A stretch of DNA of 54,426 nt, the filler included, from Jimgerdemannia flammicorona (lineage: Eukaryota): assembly GCA_003990765.1 (NCBI GenBank). It is 2 parts of 2 records of this genome, joined end to end, with 100 filler letters (N's around TTAATTAATTAA, not from the genome) between each part and the next. Parts side by side here need not be neighbours in the genome. Positions count along the whole stretch, not along the records: positions 1 to 27,176 come from RBNJ01000656.1; 1 more part is not named here. One strand, 5' to 3'. A program made the position numbers and the translations under genes. This document shows, piece after piece, positions 12,480 through 24,119 of the stretch (the stretch's first letter is position 1; each line of letters begins with the position of its first letter). The notes under the pieces are model-generated. The model was not told the origin of the DNA. It made no database searches and saw nothing but the letters and a program-made list of their open reading frames with translations.

Positions 12480-12890
12480 CCTATCTGAACTTCCAAATTA
12501 CTTGGCTTGTCATATTCCTTCAGTTAGTTCAGAGACTTCTTGTAACTGTGGGGTCTTGACCTTCATGAAGACTGCTTGGGCAATCTTCTGTCCTCTAATG
12601 ATTTGGTGCCATTCTGCACTGCTGTTGTGTAGGATAACCTTGATTTCACCTATATATCCTGGGTCAATGGTTCTTCCTTCCACAGTTATTCCTTGTCTGG
12701 CATATCCAGACCTTGAGGTCAGTTGGATGTAAGATCCTTGAGGTGGCTGCATGGCTAATCTGGTTCTAATCATGAAGGTTTTTCCAGGTTTGATAGATTC
12801 ATTCTCCAGACTGTGAAGATCATACCCTACATCTTCTGGGTGGGCTTTGGTCAGGGGTTTGGCCTTGGGGTACAGTAGGGCATACTGGGC
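12480..12890 (-). pseudogene. dUTPase domain of element B (between PR spacer and RT)
   Basis: Motifs VGYDL, SRSG, TIDPGYIGEIK, GQKIAQ, FGSS. Confidence 0.88.
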
Positions 12891-14199
12891 AATATCCTTG
12901 CTGAGTTTGGGCTTCCCTAAGGCTGAAGCTCCACTAGCAGAGAGCCTCCAAGCTCTGAGGTTGAGGTATGGCCATCTGGCTCCAGTGGAAGGGTATGGAG
13001 GTAGTTAATTCCCCTTCTTCCTGTAGGGTCTAGGGCTTCCATGAAGTTGGTGGCATCTTCTGCTCATTCTTGGTGAGTTGCATGTCTGATGAGAGCTAGG
13101 ATGTCTTCTCCCAAATCATAAATCTTGAGAATCCTTTTTCCTGGCTTTTTGATCTGGCTTTTTTGGATCTGGCTCTAGTTATCTCCTTTCTTCAAAGTAT
13201 GGATTGCAATATCATGACTGAGATGAATCTTCTGATGTTTGCAGTCTCAGCAGTTGGAATGTCTTCTATGGTTGCAATATCCTATTACTTGGAAATAATG
13301 TTCTCAGTTATTGATCTCTTGTTGCCTTGGGAATCAGTACCCATCTTGATCATAAGTGGGTGAAAGAGTAGACAAGGGATATATTTCTGTCTAGGTGAAG
13401 AAGCCTTGCCCTCTGAATTGTCTTTGCAACTTGGTAGTGACTTCTTGAAAGATAGTTGACTATACAAGTCTATTCAGGGGTTCTGGTCTCTGGGGTCTCT
13501 GTCTCTCCTGTTGGTCTAGTAAATGGCACTGATAGCAGTAGTCTCAGGGAGAGTAAAAGACCATTTGGTGTGGGCATCTTCCTAGCCAAAAAGCTTTTTC
13601 TTGATGAGTTTCTTTCTTGGGGATAATGGTGATTGTACTGAGTCCTTCTTCTGTATTCCAAGGATCATTGTCTTCAAGTGGTGTCCAGTGAGGGTCATCC
13701 CAGGGAATGAGTTCAGGGACCTCTTCTTCTTCAAGTGCTTCTTGTTCAAGAACTTCCCAGTCAGAAGTTTCTTCTTCCTCAGATGATTCTTAACTACAAA
13801 TCACTTGTATTTCTGTAGCTTCAGCTACAGGTGTTTCTGGGACATGTCTGCATTTCTTCTTCTTCTTTCTACACTCTGGGCAGGCTGTGCCAGGCGATTT
13901 CCTTATTCCCATGATCTTGGAGGAGTGCTCAGGACACTTGTGTCTCTTGAGACAGGTAGGGCATCCTTTGGCTTCTCCTGCAATAGCTCCAATGGTGATA
14001 GGGATGGTGTTCTTGGCCCACACATTGTCTTCTGGTCTGTCATCCACTAGGTTAATTTGGGGATTGAGTCTGGGATCATTTCCATCTTCAGATTCTTCTT
14101 TCTCTTCTGTAGTAGACTCCTCACTACTGGCATATTCTTCCTAAATAGTGACCTTCTTCTTCTTTTTTAATTGTTCATAGCTAGGTACCTTAACTCTAT

Positions 14200-14540
14200 A
14201 CTTCTTGCCTTAGTAGTCAAACTTGAGTACCTGTTGACTGATGTCAACAACTGCATTCATTTCCTTCATCCAGTTGGTTCCAAGAATTATATCATAGGTG
14301 ACAGCTTCAGTGACAATAGCTTTTGGGATAGAGAACTGAATGTGTCCCAGGGAGATGGTAATATTTTGTACTTCTCCAAGGGGTTGAGTTTGGGCTCTAT
14401 CTGCCACTATGATGCTGAGGTTGGATGGGCCATCAATGGGTCATTGGAGGGTGTCCAGGAACTATTTGGCAATGACACAGACAGCTGCTCCTGTGTCTAT
14501 GAGAATCTTCAACTTTTGTCCTCTAATATCTCTGTATAAG
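14200..14540 (-). pseudogene. Aspartic protease of element B
   Basis: LIDTGAAVS and DIILGTNWM. Confidence 0.88.
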
Positions 14541-16216
14541 TAGGTGCTAATATGTCTTTCCATGGCCTGAATAGGAATGGAAGCTGGTTCTTGCTATGGG
14601 ATGAGAACTCAGCCAGTGCTAGACCTGGTGGTTCTTAGCAATTTGTTTCAGACTCTAGCTGGTGTCAGTTGCAGAAACTGCAGGAGGGGGACTTCCATCT
14701 TGGCCTCTTGAATCTTCTACCAGGCTTCATTATAGATACCTCTAGGTATGGTCTTTGGGGTGTACTTCTTCTTGGGCTTTAGAGCAGCAGGTTCCCATTC
14801 TTTTTGTTCCATTTCTTCATCTTCTAGTGATAACTCATTTGTCTCAGGAACAAAAGGGGAGGGGGTTCAGTGAGGTATTTCTACCTGTGCCTCTTCATGT
14901 TCTTCATCCTCCTCTTGGATAATTCTTCTGCTGATGTTTCTGGATGGCCTTCCTCCAGATCTCTTCCTCTTCTCTGCTGGGTAGACTGTTTTTTGGATGG
15001 TAACTTTGGTATGATATAAGTCTAGGTCACTATAGTCTTCACTATTACTGGCTTCCTCGAAATCTTCAACAGGATGAGCTTCTGTCCTCTCGTACTGAGT
15101 GTCATTCCTTCAGTTTGGTGGTTCTGAATCCCTTTGGTCACTTCTTTTATTGTCACATTCAGTGGCATAGTATCTGAATTGCCCACAGTAGAAGCATTGG
15201 ACTTGGGCTCTGTCTCAGACAGAGTACCTTCTTTCTTCCTGCTGATAATTCCTATTATCTATTGGTGGATAACCTTGGTTCCTCTGTGGTGGGTGTCCTC
15301 TGTTGTCTTGGTAGCCCCAATTTTTGTATATGGTAAGTTTTTCAATCTGTCCAACCAATCAGTCCAATTTGGAGGTAAGGTCTTAGATTTTGCTTCTGTC
15401 CTTCTTTCCTTCCTTGCCTGGCCTTCTTTCTTCAGATCTTTCTTGCTCTTAAAGGAGTCCTTGTAGGTTTTAGACCAGGATGTCTTCTTTATCTTCTTTC
15501 TTATCATGATCACTCCAGATAGTTCCTTGTCTAACATCTAAGAATCCTTGGGCTGCATCTACTTACTCTTCAGACCTTCTAATGCCTAGAGTGCAGACAT
15601 ACTGAGCAATGTTTGGGGGAATTCCATTCATGAAGATCATTGGACCTATGATATCCTGATTGGTGACATTAAACCTGGCAGCATACATTCTCTTCTGGAT
15701 TCTTGTGAAGAAGGCTCTGAGTGATTCTCCAAGATTCATCTTCATCCCTATGATGGATTCCTGAGCCTTGTGGTGGGTTTCATTTCCTGCATACTTTTCA
15801 ACGAGCCAGTGGACCATGGCCTCATATTCTAACTCATAAGGCATTGCTGCTTATATCTGTCTTACCAGTTCTGAATCTGGGTTGTTTGCTGTTTAATGGA
15901 AAATTCCTCTGACTGGTTCTCTGAGCTGAGCCTTGTGGATGGTGATTTTTCTTTCATCCAAGAGATTTCTCAAGGCTGTGATTCCTTCAATTCAATTATG
16001 GAATTCTCTGGGATCTTCCTCCAGATATCCTCCAAAGGTTGGCAATGAGGTGGCCATTTCATCATCACTTTCGTCTGATTCTGATTCACTTTCTGAGCTA
16101 TAACTGGAGATAGGGGTGCTTGGGTATCTTGAGGATGGTGTTCTGGACCTTGGACTCTTGGACTGCCCTTTATTACCGAAGTCTATAGTGTTAACAATAT
16201 AATGTCACCAACCTCC

Positions 16217-19200
16217 TCAACCAATGCCCCGGGGGCCCAACCCCCCTCTCTCAACCTTCCCCTGCCCAAGCACCACCCGATTGCCCACCACCTGAACCCT
16301 CCCATCACTCTTCTGGGAGATACACTGCACCAAACCCCTGTAGTACCCCCCACCCATACCCCAACCCCACCACCAGCTATTTAAAATGTCCAACAGCAGC
16401 CATTCCCACTGTGCCACCTTTTCACCAACCCCAACCTGACACCTGTCCTCAAATACATGCACCCAATGCCCCGCCAACCCAACCCACATAGCCAAGGCCC
16501 AACCAAGGATCAGCCATTCATCCCCGACCCCCCCCACTAAACGCTGGCGAAGCTCTCCCCATCTCCCCCCTCCCTCCCCTCCTTCAGTCCCCAACCCTAA
16601 CCTATCCCTTACACCTCTCCAAAACTCCCCCAAAACCTCACACTCGCCAAGCCAATGTTCAGGCATTTGTACCACTCCCCCCTCCTGACTGATATTGAAA
16701 CAATCCTCGCACTCGAATACCCCACTGGCCACCAAGTGACCAGACCGATAATTCAGCATCACATTCCGCCATAGGATTCGCCACCATGCCAACCAGAACT
16801 TGGGGGGCAGCCACTGCCTCACCTGTCTGCTCCAAAGCCAGAGCCCATTCCAATCCCATTCTTCCCTGATTCCAACCCTCTGCCAGGCTTCAGGCCACAG
16901 GTCTCCACCTAGGCCTCGCAGGCACTCCAGGCCCTCGCCAAGCTGAAAGTCCTCCACCAGAACACCGCCCACTAGAAGCCTGTCCCATCTCCACATCTGC
17001 GGTCCCCAAACCTCCTCGGCCTCGTCGCCTCGCCACCGAAGGCTGATTTTCCTAGCACCTTCCACTGCTCCCCACCAAAAGCCAGTAAACCGCATCTTCC
17101 GGCTCCCTTCCATGGCCACCATTGCGAGCAGATCGCCGGAGCCACCACGTGGGGAGTATCGAACCTCCCACAACCTCTGCATGAGTGGCACCCACTCCTG
17201 ACCTTGAAGCTCACTTGCCCTCCTTAGCCACCAGGCCCTCAGACATAAAAGCCGCTTATTAAAGTCCACTAAGCCCAGTCCACCTCATTCCAAAGGCAGT
17301 GTGAGCACCTCCCAACCAACCTGGCTCTGCCGCCCTCCCCAAATCCACGACCTCGCCATCTTCAACAACCCCTTAACCACCTACAGTGAGAAATCCAAGT
17401 GGTATCCAACATACCACAGCTTTGGCATCCAGTACACATTCAACACCATCACCCTTCCAGCAAGGGACATATGCCAGCCTCCCCATTGCATCAAGACATC
17501 ACCCTACTCCAGCAGTTTACGGTCCCACCATGCCCGGGGGAGAAGAGACCCGAACACTGAGAAGTAGATCCCCAAGTAGCGCACTGGATCACCAGCTGGA
17601 ACCACCATTCCAATAATATCACCACTTACAATTCCAGCACCCAGCACCATCATTTCACATTTGTGCCAGTTCAATTTAGCACCAGAACCCCGCTCATACC
17701 ATTCCACCGTCCTCTGCAGCTCTCCCACATCCCCCAAGGAACCCAGTCCGACCACCATGTCATCGGCAAAGGCCCCAACCTTCCAGTTCACCCCCAAAAT
17801 GTCCAATCCTCCAATCTTATGCCGAATCCTGTCCAGTAGTGGCTCTAGGGAAAGGGCATACAATATGGGTGACAAGGGGTCCCCTTGTGGCACCCCTTGG
17901 CCCAGGGGGAAGGTCACCCCCCGGTGGCCATTGATGACCAATGCCACCTGACTGTCCTCCAAGAGGCTAATCAACGAACCTCGGAACCCCGGGGGGATAC
18001 CAATCCGCTTCAGCACTCCCTGCAGCCATATTCTCCGCACTCTATCATAAGCCTTCTCCTGGTCCAGAAATACCAATCTGCCATCCACCCCTATAGCCCG
18101 GGTACCTTCAATCACCCCATGAACCCAGGCCATCCCATCTCGAATCAACCGGCCACTGACAAACCCACATTGCTCCAAACCAAGCATCTGCTGTGCGATC
18201 CCTTGCAACTGCAGCACCAAGATCTTCGTCACCAGTTTGCGGTCCATGTTCAGAAGCATGATTGGCCTCCAGTTCTTCCAATCCTCCCTCCTGCCCTTGT
18301 TCTTATACAGCAAGGAGACCAGCCCCAAGCGCTGTCCCCCAATCCAGGCACCAGACTGGAGAACTTCATCACACATAGCCACCATTTCTTCTAGTACCTC
18401 ATGCACCCCCGTCATCTTCTGCCAAAAATCCCAGGGGAGTCCATCTTCTCCTGGGGCTGTCCCTTTACTCGTAGAGGCCACCACCTTGCGAATCTCCTCG
18501 CTACCCACTGGGTCCCCCAATGCCATAAGTCCCAAGGCAGGGTCCGGGTGCCAATCCTCCAGCTGCCTTTCAATGTCCAGAGCATCCAGTCCCCCTTCCT
18601 GCTCACTCTAAAGGTTTCCCCACCGGGTTCGCAATAGGCCCAGAATCGCCAGAGTCCCCACCACCAGCTCGCCATCCTCATCCAAAACTCCCTCCCACCG
18701 CTGCCTCGTTCGTCATACCTGTAGCAGCCGTGACAAGAACCTGGTAGGTCTCTCCCCTTCCTCAAGCCCCTGCCATCACAAGCGGGCCACCATCCCCTGT
18801 AACTGCTCCTCTTCCTCCCTCCGTAGTACCCCTTTAAGCTCCTCCACCTCCTGCCGCATCCTCGCAATTCGCCAATCAGCCTCGGCCCTATCCTCCAGCA
18901 CACCAGCCCATCGCTCCATGAGCCCTGCCAAGCGCCGCGATGCCCACATCACCCGCCGCCTTCGCTGAGCACTCTTTCCTTTTCCCACTTCCCGCCAATA
19001 CCCCTGAGCCTTTATCTTCAACCTTCTCCAGCAGTCTCCAATTGCCAGCCCTTGATCCTGCCACCTGCCGACAGCGCCAACCACCTCTGCTTCCCAACCC
19101 TCCCACAATGCCCTATCCTCCAAAAAGGAAGAATTTATCCGCCAATGTCCAGGCCCATCCTCATTTCCCCCAAACCTCCCCCCTCCAAGTAAACCCCAGT

Positions 19201-19879
19201 GATCAGACCATGGACACCACATGACTCCCAGCACTGTCCAGACATCTGCTCCCCAACACTCTGCTGTTAGAACCCAGTCAATCCTAGAGCCCAGTCCTGC
19301 TGCCCAATGAGTATACACCTGCCGGTCAGCCCAAAAATATCTCCCTGAGTCTACTAAAGAACACAACCTTTCCATCTCCAACCAGTCCACCTATCCACCA
19401 CTTTCACCTCACATGCCTCTCTCTCCATCAGTTTTGTCCAACTCCTTATCCCATACCATGTTGAAGTCTCCCCCCATACAGTCAAACCCAACTTCCCCCA
19501 ATAAACCAGTCTCCTTCAATCAGCGAATCCAATCCACCCTCTCCCCTCTCTCAGCCGGGCAGTAACAAGACCCAACCATCAGCGAGCCCCATCCAGGCCT
19601 CTTCCATACTCTCAACACCACCCGAGACCCCCAATGTCCAATGTCCCCAATGTCCCCCATCCCTTTCCGAACAAGAATACCGACTTTCCCCCTCCAAACT
19701 GCTGCACCCCCCCATTCCTTAGTCCAATTCTGTAAGTCCACATCTGCATCATACCAAACATCCTGTAACAAGAAGAGGTCCGCATCCAGACCCCAAAGCC
19801 AGCCAAAGATGAACTTCCTCCTAGCTGCCCCCCGTAACCCATTAATGTTCAGTGAGAATATCCTAGTTGTACTGTTCAT
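16217..19879 (-). pseudogene. LINE ORF2: APE endonuclease, RT, C-terminal CCHC
   Basis: SLNINGL, GDFN, SRIDW, SDH; PGEDGLP, NWRPIMLLN, LDQEKAYDRV, GVPQGDPLSP, FADD; CEDC...EHWLGEC. Broken by a few stops/frameshifts. Confidence 0.92.
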
Positions 19880-19910
19880 ATTGAGTAGATATTGTAAAAG
19901 AGACCTTAAC

Positions 19911-21838
19911 CTATAATTCCATGCTCATCTCATCCCTCGCCAAGTCCAAGAGCCGCTCTGCTTCCACTTCACCCTCCACAATATCCCGTGCATCCAGTGC
20001 CCCCAAGATTTCCTGACACTCCACCCTGTCCACCTCCTCCATATCTGCCCTGTAATCCAAGCAAACTGCACGCCACTTCTCTAGTCCCTTCCTCGAGTTC
20101 CACAAGACAAGTGCCCTGTCACTCACAATCCTTCTAAGCTCCTCCTCTCGCTGATCATCAACCTGATACTCGACTGACTCCAGGAGGACAGCCAGGATCT
20201 CATTTCTCATCTTCCTCGGCACCTCTTCCCTGCATAGAATCTCCTCCCAATGCCTCTCCTCCATCACCCTGAAGTCCTCACCCCCCAACTCTTTGGCCGC
20301 TACCCCTTCCAGGGTCTTCCACATCCACTTCTCTTCATCTACCGCCTCCGCCACCCCCTGAGCAATTCATCCCCCATCCACCTCGGGGTCCACCAGTGCG
20401 CTCCTCCTCCCTGACTCATCCCACTCCTCATCCGGCACATCCATCAGCTCCTCCTCATCGCCCGCCCCATTTGGGACACTATACTGAGGGTGCCCACCTT
20501 CTCCCATTTCGGCATCCACCTCCAAGTGATCCTCCCTCCGCTCCCCGACCCCAATCCCAGCCCCGCCCTGGGCCATCTCTCCCCCTTCAGACCAGGCGCT
20601 CTCCTGTAGCCCTGCAGTCCCTTCCCCGGAGCTTCCACCAGCCCTACCCCCGCCCAACGTTGCCAACAACTCCTTCTGAATCTTCCTCCCCTGCATCTTC
20701 TCCCAGGCCCCCTTCGCCATCCGAACCTTCTTCCCATCCACCTCCCCCACTACCGTCCTGGCCTCAAACTCCATCCAGGCTGATCTCCTCCTCGCAACTG
20801 CCCCTTCCAGGTCCTCCAGAGCCTCCAACAGGTCCTCCTCCTCCTCCTGAGTCCCCTTTATCCTAGTGACCTTACACTCCACCGGTCCCCACCTCAGCGC
20901 TGCTGGCCAGTCCCTCGACTTCCCCATATTCTCCTTTCCAGCCCGTCTCACCCTGACATCGACATCCCCAGTTCTAAGCTCTGTGCCCTCCCAGACCTTA
21001 AACCCAACATCCACAATCTCGCCATACTCCTTGATCGCCTCCACAACCAACTCCCTGGTCCTTTCCTTCGACACTGTAGGGAGGTCCAACACCGTCAACT
21101 GCACCACCCGGGGGTCCCAGCACATACACCGGGCCATAGGGACCACAACCCCGCCAACCATCACCCCCTTCTCCATGGCTGCCAACAAGGCGTCTTCCTC
21201 CTCAAACCCCACCTCAACCCCTTCCTTTCCCCTCAAGAACTTCACCGACACCGCTCCCTTAGCCTCCTGCGCCACCAGCCCCAGAATCATCCTCGCTGTC
21301 ACTGCCAAGCCCTGGAAGCACATCGTGACTGCGAATTCGGACCTTGACTTCTTGAGTAACGGGGCCGACACCATGCCCGTCACCCCATCCGCCAGGTCCC
21401 CGGGCCTCGTGCCCACTCCAAGTCCCGAATTGCTAACTGCTGTCACATCTGGATTTTTGCCAGATTCCCAGTCACAGCCCCATCAACAGTCACATCTCCA
21501 GCCCCTACTCCGGCCCCTTCCCTACCACCAGAAGTACCCTGAGGTGCACCTCCCTGACCCCCAGCAGTAGCCATCAATGCCTTCCCCAGGCCCAGCCAAC
21601 CATCCAGCCCAGAGGCCATCTTCCCTATCCTGACCTTGTCAGCAAAGGTTGACCTCTCCCCTCCTCTCTGCCTCAGACCTCCCCTCCCTCCACTGCTGGG
21701 GCCTCGGCTAGCCATCGAGGCCCCTGGCATCTCCAAACCATCTCCCCTCCTCTCCACCTGCTGCCAGCCAAAGGCACCGTCACCCCCCTGGCCAGTACGC
21801 TCACCAGATCGATCATTGCCGTCCGTGTTGTTAGTCAT
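19911..21838 (-). pseudogene. LINE ORF1, copy 1
   Basis: Three ORF-track pieces (21443-21838, 20367-21446, 19911-20354) are colinear with the intact 638-aa ORF1 of copy 2; one frameshift and one TGA. Confidence 0.88.
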
Positions 21839-22354
21839 CAGACACCAAAAACGTTGTAAAAAGTGTTGTCCGAGTCTTGTGTCACCCGAATGTTACTGGT
21901 GAAAAGGCGTGTTCCTCGTTCTGGACCTTGGATGAAGTGAGATAAGTCTAGGTATTCTTGTGGGAGCTACTTCTAACTCTACAAGGGGTTGTGGTAAAGG
22001 TTCTATTAGTGAAATTGGTGGAACTGGTATGGGGCATCTGGCTGTAAGGTCTCAGGTTCATATAATAAAATCTTCTTGTTCTTGTGCAAGTTCTTTGAAA
22101 TCTCTAGCAGGACTGTCTGTATTGTCTGGTTGATTTGGTTGGGGATTTCGGGCTATACTACCTTCTGGTTCTGGTTGGGATCCTTCTAATACTGGGTAGT
22201 TGGCAAGTCTTAATATGATTACTTCTCTTTCTATCCAGATGCTGGTAACAACTGGTTCTCCTGTAGTGGCAGAGGTTGGTATTGTATCAAATATATCCAG
22301 TTTGACTGTGGGTTCTTGTGAGCTGAAAAGTTACATCAATTTGAAATCTTTCCA

Positions 22355-22366
22355 GTTAAGGCTCCA
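22355..22366 (-). other. Putative primer-binding site of element B
   Basis: TGGAGCCTTAAC starts 2 nt after the 5' LTR; cognate tRNA not identified. Confidence 0.45.
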
Positions 22367-22368
22367 AA

Positions 22369-23654
22369 TGTAATGTGCCTGACTTAACAGAGACAAATTA
22401 CAAGATTGGAGGTTGATGTAGTTTGGCTTGAGCCCCCAGTTACTTTGTCAAAAAGTAACAAAATGTTCTATAATTCCTAAGGTCCTTGGTGTTGAGTGGT
22501 ATAATAGTCAAAAGCTGGATATCTGTGAGTGATTTCCTTATTGAGATGGTTCTCTGGGTGTAGCAATGATTTGTGTGTAAATGGGTTTCCTTCTTGGGTT
22601 AACTGAGAATTGGTGATATTTGTATAGTGTGAAAATCTCCAAAAGTATATAATTTCTAGGTGATGATCTTGTGTAGTGCAACAATCTCTATACATGATAG
22701 TCTGGTAATTTAGCAGTTCTCATTCTTTGGTGGTGGGCGATCTTTGTGTAGCACAACCAGTTTCTTATGCAGGACATTTGGGAATTATACTGGCAGTGGA
22801 TAACTCGATAACTCAGACTCACTGGGAATAACAAATAACTCAGATGTTGTGGATTTGGCTTCAACTGAGAATACTACTCAAATGGCACAAGTTCTTCCAA
22901 ATTGGACTCTTCGGGATATATGATGGCATGGATTTCTGAGAATGTGGATAACTCAAAAGCAGTTGATGATATGGACTCTTCCTAAATCAGTGGCTTTCTG
23001 GGAAATAACTTGGATGGTGTGGATTCTTCTGAATTGATGGCTTCAACTGGGAAATGGTGGCAAAGTTCTTCCTTGAACTTAGGCAGCAAATCTTCAGGCT
23101 GATCTGGCAAGCAAACTAAAAATGAACTTGTTCTTTGTATTGGAAAGTGGACCAGAGTGGAAAAGAAAACCAATGCTCATAATCTTCTAGTAGTGGCTTT
23201 AGAGTAGGCATTTCTCCTAAGTGTTGCAATCCTTCCTAGATCAAGTGGCTTTTTGCAGGTATATCTCTTGAAGTGTAATAGGCAGACTTGTCTTTTGCTT
23301 TTTGGATTCAATTTCGGACTGAGGTTTATTCACTCTTGTCTCTGGGGTAATTTATATAAGTTGGTTGCTATCTGGTTGCTATGTGGCTAACTATAGATCT
23401 ACTACTTATAGCAGATGTATAGAGTCTGTATAGTATATAGGTCCTGTTTAGTATACAGAGTCTATATGGTGTACAGGGTCTATATAGGTAAACAGACCCA
23501 TCTGGTATGTCTGGCTAATTATAAGTATGGTGACATGAGTAACTATGATATACTGGATGTCATGCTGGGAGCCTACATCATCTGATTAAGTATGCCAATT
23601 GTTTGCATCATCTAGCTAAGTTATAATTCAGATGGTATGTTTTGGTCTGTTACA
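22369..23654 (-). repeat. 5' LTR of element B (1286 bp)
   Basis: Direct repeat of 7772-9059; TGTAA...TTACA. Confidence 0.92.
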
Positions 23655-23940
23655 ATATATATATGACATATGTATATATATTTCTTATCTGTAAACAATA
23701 AAGTCTTAGATATATATAAAGAATTTAAAGTAATTATAGAGAATGAAACAGAATGTAGAATATATACTATATACTCAAATAATAGATATAAATATATTAA
23801 TAGTATATTCAAGCAGTACTAAGAAAATATAGTATATATCCTCTATTGAAATATCTTAGTTATAGTAACTCAATATTTGATGATATAGTTGCAGTCTAAT
23901 TATATTATTATATAAATATTTTTAATATATAAAGTATATA
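23655..23940 (+). pseudogene. Ty1/Copia integrase relic, part 2 (continues 7234-7771)
   Basis: VLDIYKEFK..ENETECRI..IYSNNRYKY, cf. FKxxxENxxGxxIxxIRSDNGxEY. Confidence 0.65.
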
Positions 23941-24119
23941 AGATATTAATAAACAATTACTACTTCTCTCTATCTATCTTCCAAGTATTCTATACAAATA
24001 TTATAAGCTCTACTAGTGAAAGCTGATAACAATAAAGACACTTCTCCAATATATAAGCTATACTATATAAAGAAGATATTACATCAATTAAATGTATCAA
24101 ATCTAAGTTTGCTAAGTAA

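Larger units (their letters stand above)
16155..21917 (-). mobile_element. Full-length L1/Tx1-like non-LTR retrotransposon, copy 1
   Basis: Exact 15-bp TSD GTTCTGGACCTTGGA (16140-16154 / 21918-21932); ORF1 plus EN-RT ORF2; AATAAA near the 3' end (16169-16174); empty site in element A (~5612). Confidence 0.95.
14640..22330 (-). pseudogene. gag of element B, split by the LINE at 16155-21917
   Basis: Capsid-like LPTFGG..EDPREF, GESLRAFFTRI, FMNGIP; decayed zinc knuckle CFYCGQFRYYATEC (~15153-15196); colinear with the uninterrupted gag of A. Confidence 0.8.
7772..23654 (-). mobile_element. Full-length Ty3/Gypsy LTR retrotransposon B (gag-PR-Cys-rich spacer-dUTPase-RT-RH-INT-extra ORF), inactivated, with nested LINE
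   Basis: Two homologous LTRs with TGTAA...TTACA ends, candidate 4-bp TSD ATAT (7768-7771 / 23655-23658), PPT, Gypsy domain order RT-RH-INT. The flanks rejoin into one Copia integrase. Confidence 0.93.

Noticed and set aside
20396..21570. Long plus-strand Pro/Ser/Thr-rich ORFs (also 33827-34519 and 38323-39015)
   Set aside because: Antisense shadows of LINE ORF1. The C-rich strand has few stops, and recurrence simply reflects the repeated copies.
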